Assembly (NCBI GenBank): GCA_964507055.1
Contig: CAZDOJ010000001.1
Coordinates: 849,313 to 913,312, forward strand
Reading direction: 5' to 3'
Length of the DNA stretch: 64,000 bases
Origin: an uncultured Gammaproteobacteria bacterium
Lineage (GTDB): Bacteria > Patescibacteriota > Microgenomatia > Levybacterales > UBA12049
The notes beneath the pieces were generated by a model. That model saw only the letters and a list, made by a program, of their open reading frames with translations. It did not search any database and was not told the DNA's origin. The translations under genes were made by a program, and so were the position numbers. Below, one piece after another: positions 47,825 through 58,600 of the stretch (position 1 is the first letter of the stretch; the number at the start of each line of letters is the position of its first letter).

Positions 47825-49072
47825 GGAACTCTGAGGTAGGTTAAAAAAGAATGTTGAACCCCTACCAAGAGTACTTTCTGCCCATATTTCTCCAGCATGC
47901 TGTCTCACGATTTCACTCGATATATATAATCCCAAACCTAATCCTGGAAATGTATTCTCACGAGCTCCGCCAATACGATAAAATCGTTCAAAAACTCTTT
48001 TTAATTTATCAGCACTAATACCCAAACCAAAATCCTGTACACTAAGTTGCATTTTATTATTTCTATTGGTAATGCTCACAATCACTTTATCAGCATTAGG
48101 TGAGTATTTTATTGCATTGGAGATGAAATTTGTCAGTACTTGGCCAACTCTCTCACGATCTGCATTTACAAAAGTGTCCTGCACTTGATTGAAAATAATA
48201 GTATGTTTTTCAGAAGTTTTCTGCATATCCTCAATAATCTCATAAGCTAAATCCGAAAGGTTAAATGATTCTTGCTGCAACGATAATTTTCCTCTTTCAA
48301 TCTTTGTAACATCTAGTAAATCACCAACAAGTGTATTTAATTTTGTAAGCTGCCTATCCATTTTTGTTAAGCCATTAAGTAATTCAGTATTCCCTTCTGA
48401 TGTGGCTTTTTTCTGAAGTATTTGCGTATATGCTTTTAACGATGTTAAGGGTGTTTTTAATTCATGAGATGCTACTCCAATAAATTCATCTTTATATTTC
48501 ACTTCTTTTTTAAGTTGTGCTGCAACCGTACGAAGATTTATTTCTGTCATCACGGATTTTGCAAGTTCCGTTAAAATTTCGATTTCATCTTTTGTCCATT
48601 TTCGTGGTTTAAAATCAACTACACAACAAGTCCCGAGTGCGTACCCCTCAGGAGTAATAAGTGGAATTCCCGCATATGCCACAACTCCCATTCCTTGAAC
48701 AGATGGAAAATCACTAAATAAAGGATTTTCTCTCGCATCTTCAAGTATAAGTGGTTCTGTATGGCTTATTATATGTTGGCAAAATGAAGGATGTGCCCGA
48801 ATCTCTCTTTCTGTCGTGATAGGTTCTGGTAAACCGTAGTGACTCTTCACAAAATCACGGTTCTTTTCAAGCAGAGTAACAAACGAGACAGGTGTTTTAA
48901 GTAACTTAGACGCAAGTTTGGTCAATCTATCAAAAGAAGCTTCAGCAGGAGTATCAAGAAGTTGTGTATTTTTAACAGCTTGGAGTCTCAAAGGATCATT
49001 TACAACTTTTTTAATTTGATTCCTTTGTTTACTTTTATCGGTGCTTACTAAAATTTTCTCTTTTTTACCCAT
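47816..49072 (-). CDS. Cytoplasmic GAF-domain sensor histidine kinase
   Basis: GAF region about 60-200, H-box ASHELKTPLTSLKAY, N/G1/G2 boxes (NAIKYS, QDFGLGI, GLGLGL). No TM helix and no response regulator nearby. Confidence 0.8.
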   Translation of the reverse strand: MGKKEKILVSTDKSKQRNQIKKVVNDPLRLQAVKNTQLLDTPAEASFDRLTKLASKLLKTPVSFVTLLEKNRDFVKSHYGLPEPITTEREIRAHPSFCQHIISHTEPLILEDARENPLFSDFPSVQGMGVVAYAGIPLITPEGYALGTCCVVDFKPRKWTKDEIEILTELAKSVMTEINLRTVAAQLKKEVKYKDEFIGVASHELKTPLTSLKAYTQILQKKATSEGNTELLNGLTKMDRQLTKLNTLVGDLLDVTKIERGKLSLQQESFNLSDLAYEIIEDMQKTSEKHTIIFNQVQDTFVNADRERVGQVLTNFISNAIKYSPNADKVIVSITNRNNKMQLSVQDFGLGISADKLKRVFERFYRIGGARENTFPGLGLGLYISSEIVRQHAGEIWAESTLGRGSTFFFNLPQSSSN

Positions 49073-49075
49073 GTA

Positions 49076-49561
49076 TTATTGCAACTTAGCCTTACTTGAA
49101 ATAACTTTTTCATCCCCAGACGTGGTTGATTGTGAGGATCCAATATTTATCAAAAAAATCGCAATTACTGCAAATACTAATCCAACTATTTGTAACGGGG
49201 TAAGATTATTTTTAAAAATGAGAAATGCTAGAAATGCTACAACGCTTGATTGCATACCTGCAACTGCTAATGCTAATCCTGCATTTGGAGCTATCGCTGC
49301 AGCTTGATATAAAAGATAATTCCCCAATGCACTTAAAAGACCTATTACTAGAAGCAAGGCAATATTGCCGATCGTTATTTCAAATTTCTGATTGCCAAAA
49401 TAAAATGTTTGTACTGAATAGTAAACAACAAATATTACCCCAATTCCTAAAAGGATAAAAGAAACAGGGAGCCCTTTCTTTGCCAAAACAGTTATAAGAA
49501 AAGACATTGCTGAGAGACATGTAAGTGCAGATAAAGAATATATGAACCAAGTGTTATTCAT
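49076..49561 (-). CDS. Small DMT-superfamily membrane protein (single EamA-like domain)
   Basis: 161 aa with about 5 TM helices. Its start overlaps the secA stop (ATGA). Confidence 0.55.
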   Translation of the reverse strand: MNNTWFIYSLSALTCLSAMSFLITVLAKKGLPVSFILLGIGVIFVVYYSVQTFYFGNQKFEITIGNIALLLVIGLLSALGNYLLYQAAAIAPNAGLALAVAGMQSSVVAFLAFLIFKNNLTPLQIVGLVFAVIAIFLINIGSSQSTTSGDEKVISSKAKLQ

Positions 49562-49563
49562 AA

Positions 49564-52350
49564 TTATTCACCTGTTTGTGGATAGTGACATTTCTTCCAT
49601 TTTTTACCTGATCCACACCAACAAGGATCATTGCGGCTTAGTTTTGCTTTTGCTTCTTTTGGTGCGGCCGGGACTGCCGAAACTTCACTTTCAGGAGTAT
49701 TGGTCATCATCTTTCTTGGAGCTGCCTGTCCTGGGACCTCAGGATGTGCTGGACCTTGATGGACTGATCCATCTGCGTGTGTATGTGTTTCAGTTGTATG
49801 GACATGTCCAGGAGCACCGTGTGGTGGATTGGTATTTTGCTGCCCCTGCACTTGAATCTTATAAATCCTTCTAACAATTTCGTCATCGATTCCGACAATC
49901 AATGTTTCAAACATTCTAAATGCCTCATTCTTATATTCAACCAATGGATCTCGTTGTGCATATCCACGCAAACCAATACCTTGTCGCAAATTATCAATAG
50001 CATCAAGATGATTCATCCAAAGATTATCAATAACTGACAATGAGACATACTTTTCGACTTGACGCATTAATTGTGGGCCAAGTTGTTCCTCACGTTTTTT
50101 GTATACATCATCTGCCAGGCTGATAAGAAAGTCTATTTTCTCTTCTGTACCTTTGACCTGTTGTAATTGTGTTATGAGCTGTTCTTTTGAAGCATCATCA
50201 AATGGAATAATGAGAACAAATCCATCAACTATTTCACTATTTAATTTGAGTGGTTCTTCAGAAGCACTTGCAACAGATAATTCGACCAAACTTCGAATTG
50301 CTGTGTGAATTCGTTCAAGGACATCTTCTTTCAATGTACTTTTATCATCAAGTGTCGCTTCAAGAATTGCTCGTCGCCGACCGTAGACAATTTCGCGCTG
50401 CTTATTAAGCACGTCATCATATTCAACCAAATGTTTTCGAGTATCAAAATTAAACCCTTCAACTTTTACTTGAGCATTTTCAATTGATTTACTGACAAGC
50501 GGATGTTCAAGTGGAACATCTTCCGGCATATTAAATCGTGTCATAAGACCTGCAATACGATCTCCGCCAAAAAGACGCATAATTTCATCATCCAATGCTA
50601 CGAAGAATCGTGACGCACCCGGATCACCTTGTCGACCTGAACGTCCACGAAGCTGATTATCAATACGACGTGATTCATGTCGCTCTGTACCGATGACGTA
50701 TAACCCTCCCAATTTCAAAACCTCATCATGCTCTTTCTCCCATTGCTTATATTCCTTTGAACTACGATTGACTGTACCATCATCGTTCTTTGGAGTCTCT
50801 CCACCCAAAACAATATCCACACCACGGCCTGCCATGTTTGTAGCAACTGTAACCGCACCTTTTTTACCTGCATCAGCAATAATTTCAGCCTCTTTAATAT
50901 GATTTTTTGCATTCAATACTTGATGTTTAATTTTACGTCGACGTAATAATTCTGAAATGATTTCATTTTTATCAATAGATGTTGTACCGACAAGAACTGG
51001 TTGTCCTTTTTTATATGCTTCTTCGATTGAATCAACTGCTGCAGAATACTTTGCACGTGCTGTTTTGTAAACGGCATCTGCATGATCAAGTCTTTGCACA
51101 TCACGAAATGTTGGGATAACAACTACATCCAATTTATAAATCTTCTTAAATTCCTCTGCTTCTGTTAATGCTGTACCCGTCATACCAGAAAGAGTTTCGT
51201 ACATACGGAAGTAATTCTGGAGCGAAACTGTCGCAAGAGTTTTGGATTCACGTTGAATTGGAACTCCTTCTTTTGCTTCAATCGCCTGATGAATACCTTC
51301 TGAGAGTCTTCGTCCTTCGAGAAGTCGTCCCGTAAATTCATCTACCAAAACAACTTGATTGTCCTGAACAATATATTCTTTCTCTCGATGGAATAATGCA
51401 CGAGCCTTTAAGGCCGCTTCCAAATGGTACACTGTATCAAAGTCTTTTTCATAAATATTTTTAATTCCGTATAATTTTTCAACTTTCCCAATACCATGAT
51501 CTGTAAGATGAGCTGTTTTGAATTTCTCATCAATTTTGAAATCTGTTTCAGCAGACAATTTATCAATAACTTTTGCGTATTCGTAATATCTCTGTGACGG
51601 AGATTCGTCTGGTGCAGAAATGATGTGAGGAGTTCGAGCTTCGTCAATAAGAACAGAATCGACTTCGTCCACAATTGCATAATTATATCCACGCTGCACA
51701 AGATTATTCATATCTTGTGCCATATTGTCGCGGAGGTAATCAAAACCAAATTCTGAATTAATACCATAGGTAACATCTGCATCATATGCTTGTTTGCGGG
51801 TAATATTTTTTAAATGAAGCAATCGGTAATCTGTCGCTTGAGCATTTGTGTATTCTGTGTCATAGAGAAATGATTGGTCATTAATCATCGCAGCGACACT
51901 GACGCCAAGCATATCAAAGACAGGTCCCATCCAACCAGCATCACGACGAGCGAGATAATCATTTACGGTAACTAAGTGAGCACCTTTACCTGTTAAACTA
52001 TGTAAATAAAGAGCCGGAACAGCAGTTAGTGTCTTTCCTTCACCTGTTTTTTGCTCGGCGACTTTACCTTGAGCAAGTGTAATTGCACCCATTAACTGTT
52101 GATCAAAATGACGCATGCCAAGCGTTCTTCGTGCTGCTTCGCGAGCAAGAGCAAATGCTTCTGGAAGTATATCCATCAATTTCTCACCATCAGCAATACG
52201 CTTTTTAAATTCTTCAGTCTTTTTGGGAAAATCTTTATCTTTGAGTTTTTTTACCTTTTCTTCTTCGGCATTAATCTTGTCGACAATCGGCTGGAGATTT
52301 TTGATTTCTTTCTTATTGGAATCGAATAGTTTGTTGATTATACCTAGCAT
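49564..52350 (-). CDS. secA: Preprotein translocase ATPase SecA
   Basis: TGEGKTLTAVPALYL Walker A, full DEAD-motor/PPXD/HWD organisation, and a C-terminal zinc finger CWCGSGKKWKKCH. 928 aa. Confidence 0.95.
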   Translation of the reverse strand: MLGIINKLFDSNKKEIKNLQPIVDKINAEEEKVKKLKDKDFPKKTEEFKKRIADGEKLMDILPEAFALAREAARRTLGMRHFDQQLMGAITLAQGKVAEQKTGEGKTLTAVPALYLHSLTGKGAHLVTVNDYLARRDAGWMGPVFDMLGVSVAAMINDQSFLYDTEYTNAQATDYRLLHLKNITRKQAYDADVTYGINSEFGFDYLRDNMAQDMNNLVQRGYNYAIVDEVDSVLIDEARTPHIISAPDESPSQRYYEYAKVIDKLSAETDFKIDEKFKTAHLTDHGIGKVEKLYGIKNIYEKDFDTVYHLEAALKARALFHREKEYIVQDNQVVLVDEFTGRLLEGRRLSEGIHQAIEAKEGVPIQRESKTLATVSLQNYFRMYETLSGMTGTALTEAEEFKKIYKLDVVVIPTFRDVQRLDHADAVYKTARAKYSAAVDSIEEAYKKGQPVLVGTTSIDKNEIISELLRRRKIKHQVLNAKNHIKEAEIIADAGKKGAVTVATNMAGRGVDIVLGGETPKNDDGTVNRSSKEYKQWEKEHDEVLKLGGLYVIGTERHESRRIDNQLRGRSGRQGDPGASRFFVALDDEIMRLFGGDRIAGLMTRFNMPEDVPLEHPLVSKSIENAQVKVEGFNFDTRKHLVEYDDVLNKQREIVYGRRRAILEATLDDKSTLKEDVLERIHTAIRSLVELSVASASEEPLKLNSEIVDGFVLIIPFDDASKEQLITQLQQVKGTEEKIDFLISLADDVYKKREEQLGPQLMRQVEKYVSLSVIDNLWMNHLDAIDNLRQGIGLRGYAQRDPLVEYKNEAFRMFETLIVGIDDEIVRRIYKIQVQGQQNTNPPHGAPGHVHTTETHTHADGSVHQGPAHPEVPGQAAPRKMMTNTPESEVSAVPAAPKEAKAKLSRNDPCWCGSGKKWKKCHYPQTGE

Positions 52351-52435
52351 ATGTATTAGTCATTTGAAGGGACAGAATGACGTTTAGCAATTAATAATAG
52401 CACATTGCAGCCTCAATTGAAACAGCAGTTTCAGC

Positions 52436-53692
52436 CTATTTACGAGGAACAATTTTATCTTTACCCATATACTTTTGTAAGACTTCTGGGATCAAAACTG
52501 AACCATCTTCTTGTTGGAAATTTTCAAGTATAGCGGCAATTGGACGATTCATTGAGAAAGCAGTTCCGTTGAGGACATTAAGATATTTTCTTTGATCACC
52601 ATCTTGATAACGCATGTTGAGACGACGTGATTGGAAGTCTGTTACGGTTGAAGTTGAAGTTACTTCACGGTATTTCTCCTGCGATGGGAACCACGCTTCG
52701 ATATCGTATTTGCGGGCTGCATTAAATCCAAGATCTCCCGTGCAAATAAGTAAAACCTGATATGGTAAGCCCAAATCTTGGAAAAACTTTTCTTCAAGGG
52801 CCAACATATATGCATGTTCTTTATCATCTTCACCTTCTGCAACAAATGAAACCATTTCAACTTTATTAAATTGATGTACACGGAAAATACCCTTAGTATC
52901 TTTGCCATAACTCCCTGCCTCGCGACGGAAACACGAAGAATAGCTCACATAACGACGAGGCAATTGTTCTTTTTTCAAAACATCATTCATATGAAGTGGA
53001 ACAACTGATTGCTCTGAGGTACCGACTAAATAGAATCCGTCTTTATCAAGTTCAAAGATATTGTCTGCTTCTCCCATTGCAGTATATCCAAGTCCTTCCA
53101 TGATTTCCTTTTTAACCAAAACTGGTGGAGTAACAGGAATAAATCCTTCTTTAATTAATGTATCAAAAGCAAATTGGCGTAATGCATTTTCGAGCATTGC
53201 TCCATCTCCCAAAAGATAGTTAAAACGTGCACCGCTTACAACTGCTGCTTGTTTGACGTCGATAATACCAAGTGATTCGCCCAATTGGAGATGATCTTTG
53301 GGGGTAAATGCGAACTTCTTTGGTTCACCAACTGTCTTCATTACTTCATTCTCAGAATCATCTTTACCGACTTTTACATCTGGTTTTGATGGATTTGGAA
53401 TACTCATGAGAATTTGCTTTAATTGGGTTTCAACTTCTTGCATAGCATTTTCTTTCACTTCCAAAGCTTCTTTGACTTTCTTTCCTTTTTCTACTTGTTC
53501 AGGCGTGGGTTTGCCAGTAATACCTTTAGCAATGGCATTTCGTTCTTCACGAATCTTTTGAACTTCTTTTGCGATAGATTGAGCTTTTTCATCTAGCTTG
53601 AGAAGGGTTTCAGTATCTACAGTAACACCTTTGGCTTCTGAAGCTTTTTTAATATCTTGAGGGTTCTGGCGAATACGATTAATATCTAACAT
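52436..53692 (-). CDS. serS: Seryl-tRNA synthetase
   Basis: N-terminal coiled-coil arm and class II core motifs (FRREAGS..G.D..G, GLAFKANTDD); 418 aa. Confidence 0.9.
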   Translation of the reverse strand: MLDINRIRQNPQDIKKASEAKGVTVDTETLLKLDEKAQSIAKEVQKIREERNAIAKGITGKPTPEQVEKGKKVKEALEVKENAMQEVETQLKQILMSIPNPSKPDVKVGKDDSENEVMKTVGEPKKFAFTPKDHLQLGESLGIIDVKQAAVVSGARFNYLLGDGAMLENALRQFAFDTLIKEGFIPVTPPVLVKKEIMEGLGYTAMGEADNIFELDKDGFYLVGTSEQSVVPLHMNDVLKKEQLPRRYVSYSSCFRREAGSYGKDTKGIFRVHQFNKVEMVSFVAEGEDDKEHAYMLALEEKFFQDLGLPYQVLLICTGDLGFNAARKYDIEAWFPSQEKYREVTSTSTVTDFQSRRLNMRYQDGDQRKYLNVLNGTAFSMNRPIAAILENFQQEDGSVLIPEVLQKYMGKDKIVPRK

Positions 53693-53706
53693 AGGAACTG
53701 AGAGAG

Positions 53707-53712
53707 ATTATA
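53707..53712 (-). promoter_or_regulatory. Candidate -10 box (TATAAT) for serS, implying a very short leader
   Basis: rc of attata; about 15 nt upstream of the serS ATG, with no SD in between. Confidence 0.3.
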
Positions 53713-53743
53713 CTGCTTTTTGCAAAGCTGTGCAACGAAGGAA

Positions 53744-54100
53744 CTATTTGCGGGATGTTGTTTTTCGCTTTGCTGCTTTTGCGGCACTAGCGATCTTTGC
53801 TTTTGCGAACTTAGCTGCTTTCTTTGATTTCGCTGAAACATTCTTTGGAGCTTCTTTAATAACATCTGAAGCTACATGCTTTGTAAGTTGTGACTTCATA
53901 CGAGCTGCTTTATTTGCGTTAAGAATATTGTGCTTAACTGCTTTATCAACTGCACTAAATGCTTTACTTACAGATTCTGCTTTCTTGTCTGTCTCAGCAA
54001 CTTTCAAGAGACTTTTGAAGAGATCTTTAACTTTTTTGTTACGAGCTGTACGGACTTTGTCCTGTCGTAATTTTTTCTTTGCGTGTTTTAGTAACGGCAT
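53744..54100 (-). CDS. rpsT: 30S ribosomal protein S20 with a Lys/Ala-rich C-terminal extension
   Basis: MPLLKHAKKKLRQDKVRTARN...ILNANKAARMKSQLTKH follows the S20 pattern (KSAKKR..Q.EK.R..N ... H.NKAAR.K..L). About 35 extra KA-rich residues at the C-terminus. Confidence 0.75.
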   Translation of the reverse strand: MPLLKHAKKKLRQDKVRTARNKKVKDLFKSLLKVAETDKKAESVSKAFSAVDKAVKHNILNANKAARMKSQLTKHVASDVIKEAPKNVSAKSKKAAKFAKAKIASAAKAAKRKTTSRK

Positions 54101-54218
54101 TTCGTAATTTTAGCATGTTATGCCTAAAAAAACAACAATCACAACTATATTGCACAAAAGCAAACATAGAACTTCCAATCTCATTTCAGGACGACTATAA
54201 TAGTACAGTACAAGAAAT

Positions 54219-55889
54219 ATGAAAAACGGATTTTTATCCAAAAGCCTCGATCTCCTGACCCGTCGACAAACCAATATTCTTTCGGCGGCATTTGTGATCA
54301 TGGTTACTGTCATTATCTCCCAATTATTAGGATTGGTTCGACAAAGACTCTTGGTCGGTATCTTTGGTGCTTCCAATGAATTAGGTATCTATCTCTATGC
54401 TACACAGCTTCCAGATACTCTTTTCCAGCTAACAATAGCAGCAGCTCTTTCATCTGCTTTTATACCTGTTTTTTCAGATTATCTAGCCAAAGGAAAAGAA
54501 CAAGAGGCACATAAAATGGCTTCGACGTTACTCTCATTAGGTTTTGCAATCTTTACCGTGCTATCGATACTCATGGCTATCTTTGCCCGAGATATCCTCC
54601 AGATTTTTAATCTTGGATCAAATTTCTCTCCACATGACATGGATCTCATGGCAAATATGATGCGTATTATTATTTTTGGACAATTACTTTTCATTGTCGG
54701 GACATTCTTTACGGCATTACTACAGTCGTATAATCATTTCTTTATTCCAGGTATTGCAGCTGCTCTTTATAATTTGGGAATTATTATTGGTGTTATTTCT
54801 TTCTCAAGCAGCTTGGGAATTTATTCGACAACGGTCGGCGTCCTTTTGGGAGGATTTATTTTTATCCTTGTCCAAATACCACTTGCTAGAAAAATAGGTT
54901 TTCGATTCAAACCATCTTTCGCTTATATAAAATCTGATGGTGTAAAGAAGATTGGGAAATTGATGTGGCCTCGTACAATTTCAGTTGTCCTCTTCCAATT
55001 AGGAACTGTGGCAATCGGATCATTTATCTCTTTTCTTTCAGACCCTGGACGTATGAATGTTATTTTCGACTTTGCGAAGACATTGGCTTTTGCACCAGTT
55101 GCACTCTTTGGACAAACTATTGCCCAAGCCGCTTTCCCAGTCCTCTCAAGAGAAAAAGACAAACCTGCTGAATTTAAAGAGACTTTTATTAATAGTTTCA
55201 ATCAAATGCTTTATCTTGTTTTACCGGTTTCAGTGCTTATCTTAGTTTTAAGAATTCCACTCGTTCGATTGGTCTTTGGTGCAAGTAAATTTGACTGGCC
55301 AGCAACTGTATTAACGGGACAAACACTTGCCTTCTTCAGTATTTCTATTTTTGCACAGGCTTTGATTACATTGGTTTTACGGGCTTTTTATGCACAGCAT
55401 GATACGAAGATTCCGCTCATTGTCGGTGCAATTTCAACAGCTGTTTTGATCGCAGCTTCATATATATTTATCATTGTGCTTCATTGGGGCGTTGAAAGTT
55501 TGGGCATAGCATTCTCAATCGCAAGTATTCTCCAACTTGTAGTACTCTTCCTTATTTTGGAGAAAAAAGTCGGAGGATTTAATAAGTTAGCATTGTTAAG
55601 TTCTTGGGCAAAGTTCTTTATCTCGTCATTCCTTACAGCATTTGCATTGTACATCCCAATCAAACTTCTCGATCAACTCGTATTCGACACGACTAGAACT
55701 GTTAATTTAATTATCTTAACCGGTATTTCAAGCCTTTTGGGTCTTTCACTCTATCTCTTCCTCACTTGGTTCTTTGATGTGAAAGAAGCAAAAGCATACG
55801 TCTTGATGGCGAAGAAGATTGGTAACTGGAGAGATATCCTCAAGAAGTCTCAAGAGTTATTGGGAATGGGTACTGGGAAAATGAGCTGA
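54219..55889 (+). CDS. murJ: Lipid II flippase MurJ (MviN)
   Basis: N-terminal LLGLVRQRLLVGIFGAS, 14 predicted TM helices, MOP-superfamily layout. Confidence 0.85.
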   Translation: MKNGFLSKSLDLLTRRQTNILSAAFVIMVTVIISQLLGLVRQRLLVGIFGASNELGIYLYATQLPDTLFQLTIAAALSSAFIPVFSDYLAKGKEQEAHKMASTLLSLGFAIFTVLSILMAIFARDILQIFNLGSNFSPHDMDLMANMMRIIIFGQLLFIVGTFFTALLQSYNHFFIPGIAAALYNLGIIIGVISFSSSLGIYSTTVGVLLGGFIFILVQIPLARKIGFRFKPSFAYIKSDGVKKIGKLMWPRTISVVLFQLGTVAIGSFISFLSDPGRMNVIFDFAKTLAFAPVALFGQTIAQAAFPVLSREKDKPAEFKETFINSFNQMLYLVLPVSVLILVLRIPLVRLVFGASKFDWPATVLTGQTLAFFSISIFAQALITLVLRAFYAQHDTKIPLIVGAISTAVLIAASYIFIIVLHWGVESLGIAFSIASILQLVVLFLILEKKVGGFNKLALLSSWAKFFISSFLTAFALYIPIKLLDQLVFDTTRTVNLIILTGISSLLGLSLYLFLTWFFDVKEAKAYVLMAKKIGNWRDILKKSQELLGMGTGKMS

Positions 55890-55900
55890 GAAGATCTGCG

Positions 55901-56266
55901 TCATTGACCCTTAGCATGCTGAATAGCTTCTCTTAAATTAACAATTACAGCTTCAGTTGGAAGTGTTCCTTCTAATCGGAGCGGTACATGATTTCTCTCA
56001 TGTCCATTATCTATGGTCGCGTACCCCCAATGCGGCATATGTTCAACAGTGACTTTTGATCTTCCAATACCATATTTGTTTGGGATATTGGGGCCAACAT
56101 GACTTTCTTCAATAACATTTAATGGTTTCCCCAAGTCCATAAGTGTCGCAACGACGGACATTCCCGTTTCCCAATGATGGGGAGCAACTTCAGCGGGTTT
56201 TTTCGCAGATGCAGCAATCTTTTCGTATGTAAGCCCTCTAACTCTTCTTTCAGCCATAAGAGGCAT
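55901..56266 (-). CDS. Hypothetical protein
   Basis: 121-aa ORF bounded by the groEL terminator upstream and the murJ 3-prime end. No family recognised. Confidence 0.45.
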   Translation of the reverse strand: MPLMAERRVRGLTYEKIAASAKKPAEVAPHHWETGMSVVATLMDLGKPLNVIEESHVGPNIPNKYGIGRSKVTVEHMPHWGYATIDNGHERNHVPLRLEGTLPTEAVIVNLREAIQHAKGQ

Positions 56267-56315
56267 TATACATCAATAAAGATTGAATACATGACAAAAA
56301 CCAAACATTTTTGCC

Positions 56316-56341
56316 AATAAAAAACCCGCCATAAAGCGGGT
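56316..56341 (-). terminator. Rho-independent terminator downstream of groEL
   Basis: Minus-strand ACCCGC-TTTATG-GCGGGT hairpin followed by TTTTTATT, about 30 nt after the groEL stop. Confidence 0.55.
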
Positions 56342-56369
56342 AATTTGCAGTCTCTTAAACAGATGTCTT

Positions 56370-58037
<1,668 letters not shown>

Positions 58038-58337
58038 TTATTCTACGATTGCGAGTATATCAGTTTGTTTGACAAGTTTCCACTCTTCATTTCCAACTTT
58101 AACTTCATCGCCGCCCCATTTTTTGAACATAATCTTTTGACCAACTTTAACAATCATTGGAATCAAATTACCTCGGTCATCGTATACGCCTGTACCAACA
58201 GCAACGATTTCACCGATTTGCGGTTTTTCTTTTGAAGTTTCTGGTAGATATAAACCTCCTGCGGTTTTGGTTTCAGCCTTCACAGGCTTTACAAGGACGT
58301 TATCGAAAAGTGGTTTGATATTTGTTTTAGTTGCCAT
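58038..58337 (-). CDS. groES: Co-chaperonin GroES
   Basis: MATKTNIKPLFDNVLVKP...GEIVAVG, 99 aa. Confidence 0.9.
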   Translation of the reverse strand: MATKTNIKPLFDNVLVKPVKAETKTAGGLYLPETSKEKPQIGEIVAVGTGVYDDRGNLIPMIVKVGQKIMFKKWGGDEVKVGNEEWKLVKQTDILAIVE

Positions 58338-58358
58338 AGCAATATTATTTACGATGAG

Positions 58359-58385
58359 TTATCACTCGTTTTAACAATATGCTAA
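58359..58385 (-). promoter_or_regulatory. Degenerate CIRCE-like element (TTAGCATAT-N9-GAGTGATAA) in the groES leader
   Basis: Compared with the CIRCE consensus TTAGCACTC-N9-GAGTGCTAA, the right half matches 8/9 and the left half 6/9, with exact 9-nt spacing. It lies 22-48 nt upstream of the groES ATG. Confidence 0.35.
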
Positions 58386-58600
58386 TTTATACAATAGAAC
58401 GCGTATCTTGTCAAGCCCTATAGCCTTAATGCAAACCCTAATTCGTCTCTATACTATAGTATACATACAGTGAAATTCTCTGTCACTTTCACCGCTGGAT
58501 GAAAAAGCTGAGCTTGTGAAAATAATTCTTCTTGACACAGCCATTTTTCTTCTATACGATAAAATTACCGTTTACTTTATAAGCGGATAGTGTAGTATAT

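Noticed and set aside
53730-54107. 125-aa plus-strand ORF antisense to rpsT
   Set aside because: The minus-strand frame gives a clean S20 match. The plus frame is Ala/Phe-rich junk generated by the KA-rich codons on the opposite strand.
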